A stretch of 64,000 nucleotides of DNA from Orbicella franksi. Its lineage: Eukaryota. The stretch spans positions 2,232,001-2,296,000 of the forward strand of contig OZ116700.1 of NCBI GenBank assembly GCA_964199315.1, in the 5' to 3' direction. The position numbers and the translations under genes are program-made. The notes beneath the pieces were generated by a model, which worked only from the letters and a program-made list of their open reading frames with translations, ran no database searches and had not been told where the DNA came from. This document shows, piece by piece, positions 60,879-64,000 of this stretch (its first letter is position 1; each line of letters begins with the position of its first letter).

Positions 60879-63500
60879 TCATCTGATGACGAGATCTTTG
60901 ACAATAAAAATAGCTTCACAGTCACTTCCACTTAACAAGTGTCTTGATTGAATATCCAACGAATTGATTGACAGTCTGTTATAAGGAAGTAGTGAAAATG
61001 TCTCCATTTTATGTTTTGTCGCGTCCACTGATAGCCAAGGGCTTATGCTGTCATATCCTCCACCCACGCCCGCACCATTACTAATTCCACTGAAGTGACT
61101 TTTACTGGCACCTGCAAACCCTGTGATGTTTTGGACTGCCACAGATGTACCATCCCAGTGCCAAAGAGATCCATCTTCTGAACATGTGAATAGGTTGTCT
61201 GGACTAAGAGGATGAAACCTGACCTCCCATACTGTTAAAAAAATAAACAAAACAGAGAATTCACAGCTATGAACTGCTATTTTACAGCTTCAATAGTTAA
61301 AAGGACATGCCAATCCACTCACTATCGCCTCATGGATCCACAGCGTCATGCTATGACGAAATTCATGATCAATAACAGGAAAGATGCATGAAAAACTGAC
61401 ATCAATTTGTTAAATATCAAATTAGAGGAGGCAACAAAAATCATGGATCTGGGTAAAACAGTGTTGAAATCTAGCACCCTTATGATGAGTCACCAAGTCT
61501 CATCTTTTCTGAGTTTCATTCATCTCTGAGTCTTAAACTATTTTGACCTTGGATTTTCAAATGAGGATCTTTGGTGAAAATTTCGTAGTCAAAGGTTTTA
61601 ATAAAAGCACAATTTTTTCCCCAAACTTTCTATTTTCTCCATAATTCTGCCCAATTGTATTCAGTATTCAGCAAACATGGAAATTAGGAAACAGGAGATT
61701 CGATAACCAGCTGGGACACTGTCCTTGAATAATAATTTCCTGTTCATTTCAAGATTAGACCCACCTGACCCAGGGCTACTTTTTTCATAAATATACTTCA
61801 AGACATTCGCGTGAAAAGTTTCCAACATTGATTTTTTTCTGAGACTTTTACCACTGTAAGATGATGAGTTACTTATGTCAGAAATGTAAAAAAAAAAAAA
61901 AAATGGGGGGTCACCGACTTCGTTTTGGAGAGAACATGCCCGGAAGAACACCCTAAATCTGAAAAAAATCGGACAAAATATTGCAATTAGATCTTTGAAG
62001 TGAAATGTTCTCTGGCAAATATTGTTTAAGTGGATCTATTGCATGAATTTAGTCAACTGGTGAGGTTCCTTAAAGAACAAGTTCGCATTTAGAGACCATA
62101 GTTTTATGCACCTTGCAGCCGCAAGATGCTAGGATTCGATGTCCTATGGACAGAAATCTTGAATTCTTTTTAACTTCCAACATTGATTTTTTGTTCTTTT
62201 TTGGACAATGTGGAGATAATTGTAAATAAAATCTGTTTCTGGAAAGAAAAGTAGGGGTCACCGAACGTCACCGAATGTCCAAGATCGTAGAATCCAAGTA
62301 AAGCTATAGGATGTGCAGAAACAATTAGCGTGAACATCCTTAAATTACAATGATATCACACATCTCAAGGTCTACAAGGACCAGATTCAATTTTCATGGC
62401 CTTAAACTTTTTTTTAAACTTCTGTTCAATTTATTTCAAGGTGCATATCAAGTCAGTAACAGCTTATAGGTCCAGCATATTGATCACAGAATTCATTGAC
62501 CATAAAGTAGAACACAGCACTTGTCTTACTTTCTGCGGCATGTGCCTCCAGTAGTGTGACAGGATACAGTTCCTGTCTCATGTCCCAGATGCTCAGTACA
62601 CCATCTTGACCTCCTGCTGCCAGTAGATGTGGCTGGGTCGGATGTTTGTCAACGCACAACAATGAGACACGATCACCAGAACTGCCCAAAAAATAACACC
62701 GTCACAGAGTTGCTTAGTACATTTCTTTGCATACTTAGGAAATTATTTCAATCTACTTTTTTGCCAATTAAAGTTTTATTCTTGGTAAGTAAGTGTACCA
62801 AGGCTTGGACAATCGGAATGAAGTTTTGTTTTAGGTAGGCCATACCATGGGATTTAAGAACATGAAAGCTTCTGATGCGTCTATCAGAGCTCAAATAAAT
62901 ACAATGTACATGTACGTGTATATAAAACTGGATTTATGAAAAGGCATTAATGAAAAGTGCATTCCATGAACTAAATGAGCTACCCAGTTTGATTTCCCTT
63001 TCGGATGTTAATATATATATTCTATGAACCTGCACTCAGCACTTACAGTAGCATTGTTCTTCCAGGTTTATCAATTGGTTGTCGAAGATCCCAAACTTTG
63101 AGCTGACCACCGAATGTTACTGCAGCTACTTCATGCAATTTTGTAAATTTGATACTGTTTATGGTTGTGCTATCTGCAGAATCTAGGAACAAACCAAATA
63201 AAAAATGACCATTATTTTAATAAATTTATAATGCTAAGAAAATCTTGGATAAAATTTTGGACTAGCAAACTTGTATATAGAAAAAAACAAAGCACAAAAA
63301 TAAGGTTAAATGGATATGATTCCCTTCTTACCTATTGTTCTGACTGGATGTCTATGATCAAGTTTCAGAACATTGATTTTTCCATCTTCACCAGCGCTTA
63401 CAATTTCTGCTGAGCTAGCATTTGTGGAAAGACACGTACATGAACAGCTGCGATCCCCAATGTGATGAAGAGTATTCCACTCATGCTCAGGTCTTATGGA
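60879..63500 (-). CDS. NUP43: Nucleoporin Nup43, last four exons (5' exons beyond the window)
   Basis: Exons 63500-63332, 63173-63047, 62681-62530 and 61231-60879 join in frame. Motifs EIVSAGEDGKIN, GQLKVWDLRQ, CVDKHPTQPHLLAAGGQDGVLSIWD and WEVRFHP..DNLFTCSEDGSLWHWD match the recalled NUP43 WD40 repeats. Confidence 0.95.
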
Positions 63501-63756
63501 CTGAAATTAGAATTATTCTTATATGTTATTCACCAAGTATGAGGGCTGTACTGGGAAATACAGTAGAAATACAGTAGAGCCCCGATATCGGGAGTTCCTA
63601 AGTTATTGGGGGTTGAGAGCAGATGACCGGAAATAACAAAAAAGGGTGTTAACTGTAGTTCTATTCATACTGTGTACATTTTTATCAAATTTAATTACAG
63701 AGAAGTCTCAGGGCTCGACTTTCAGAAAAAAACCTTGGAGTAGCTGGCCCCTAGTT

Positions 63757-64000
63757 TTGAGGGTCCCCAATAGGTTTGGCGGGATGTTGGATTTGGCTTT
63801 TTTTCGCCTTGATATTCAGGATTTGAGCTGAAAACAGGGGAGGGAAGCAGGAATTACAATCACGAGCGGGAGTGGGATTTAGTGTTTTATGGGCTTGGGA
63901 TGTGGGATTCACAAGGGGAACAAAGCGGGATACGGGATTTCAATTCTTATGTGACCTCATAAATTGACCAGCACAAAAGCCGCAAGTTGGGCAGAAATGA
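63757..64000. repeat. Interspersed repeat with recurrent GCGGGAT/GGGATT motifs (runs off the window end)
   Basis: gagggtccccaataggtttggcgggatgttggatttggc...gcgggagtgggattt...gcgggatacgggattt. Confidence 0.5.

Noticed and set aside
61299-62404. Possible 1.1-kb Kolobok-like element in a NUP43 intron
   Set aside because: The ends (ttaaaggacatg / catggccttaa) match only loosely, so the boundaries cannot be supported.

Overview
Eukaryotic (animal) genomic DNA, AT-rich, with GT-AG introns and dense short DNA-transposon and SINE relics. The repeat families and gene content resemble a cnidarian, probably a stony coral (inference). Exons were joined by hand. Five complete genes: pitchfork PIFO/CIMAP3 (-, 13640-20279, 9 exons), LATS/Warts kinase (+, 35907-40520, 3 coding exons), NDUFAF4 (-, 46368-49654), a MATCAP/KIAA0895-family tubulin carboxypeptidase (-, 50366-54274) and EEF1AKMT1/N6AMT2 (+, 54496-58735). 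Partial genes: the last 4 exons of NUP43 (-, 60879-63500) and the first exons of an unidentified gene (-, starts at 3902). Decayed material: a disrupted HEATR4 5' fragment, three probable NACHT/NLR relics and two probable class-A GPCR relics. Main highlights: (1) LATS, EEF1AKMT1 and NUP43 sit together, whereas in human these neighbours are split between the LATS1 and LATS2 loci; (2) ultra-short (25, 37 and 67 bp) palindromic insertions with exact target-site duplications; (3) a PIFO carrying a Cys4 zinc-finger module not present in the mammalian protein as recalled; (4) RFX X-boxes at PIFO, at the MATCAP/EEF1AKMT1 bidirectional promoter and near LATS. No rRNA, intact tRNA, CRISPR array or autonomous transposon was seen. 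All homology calls come from recalled sequences and motifs, not from database searches.
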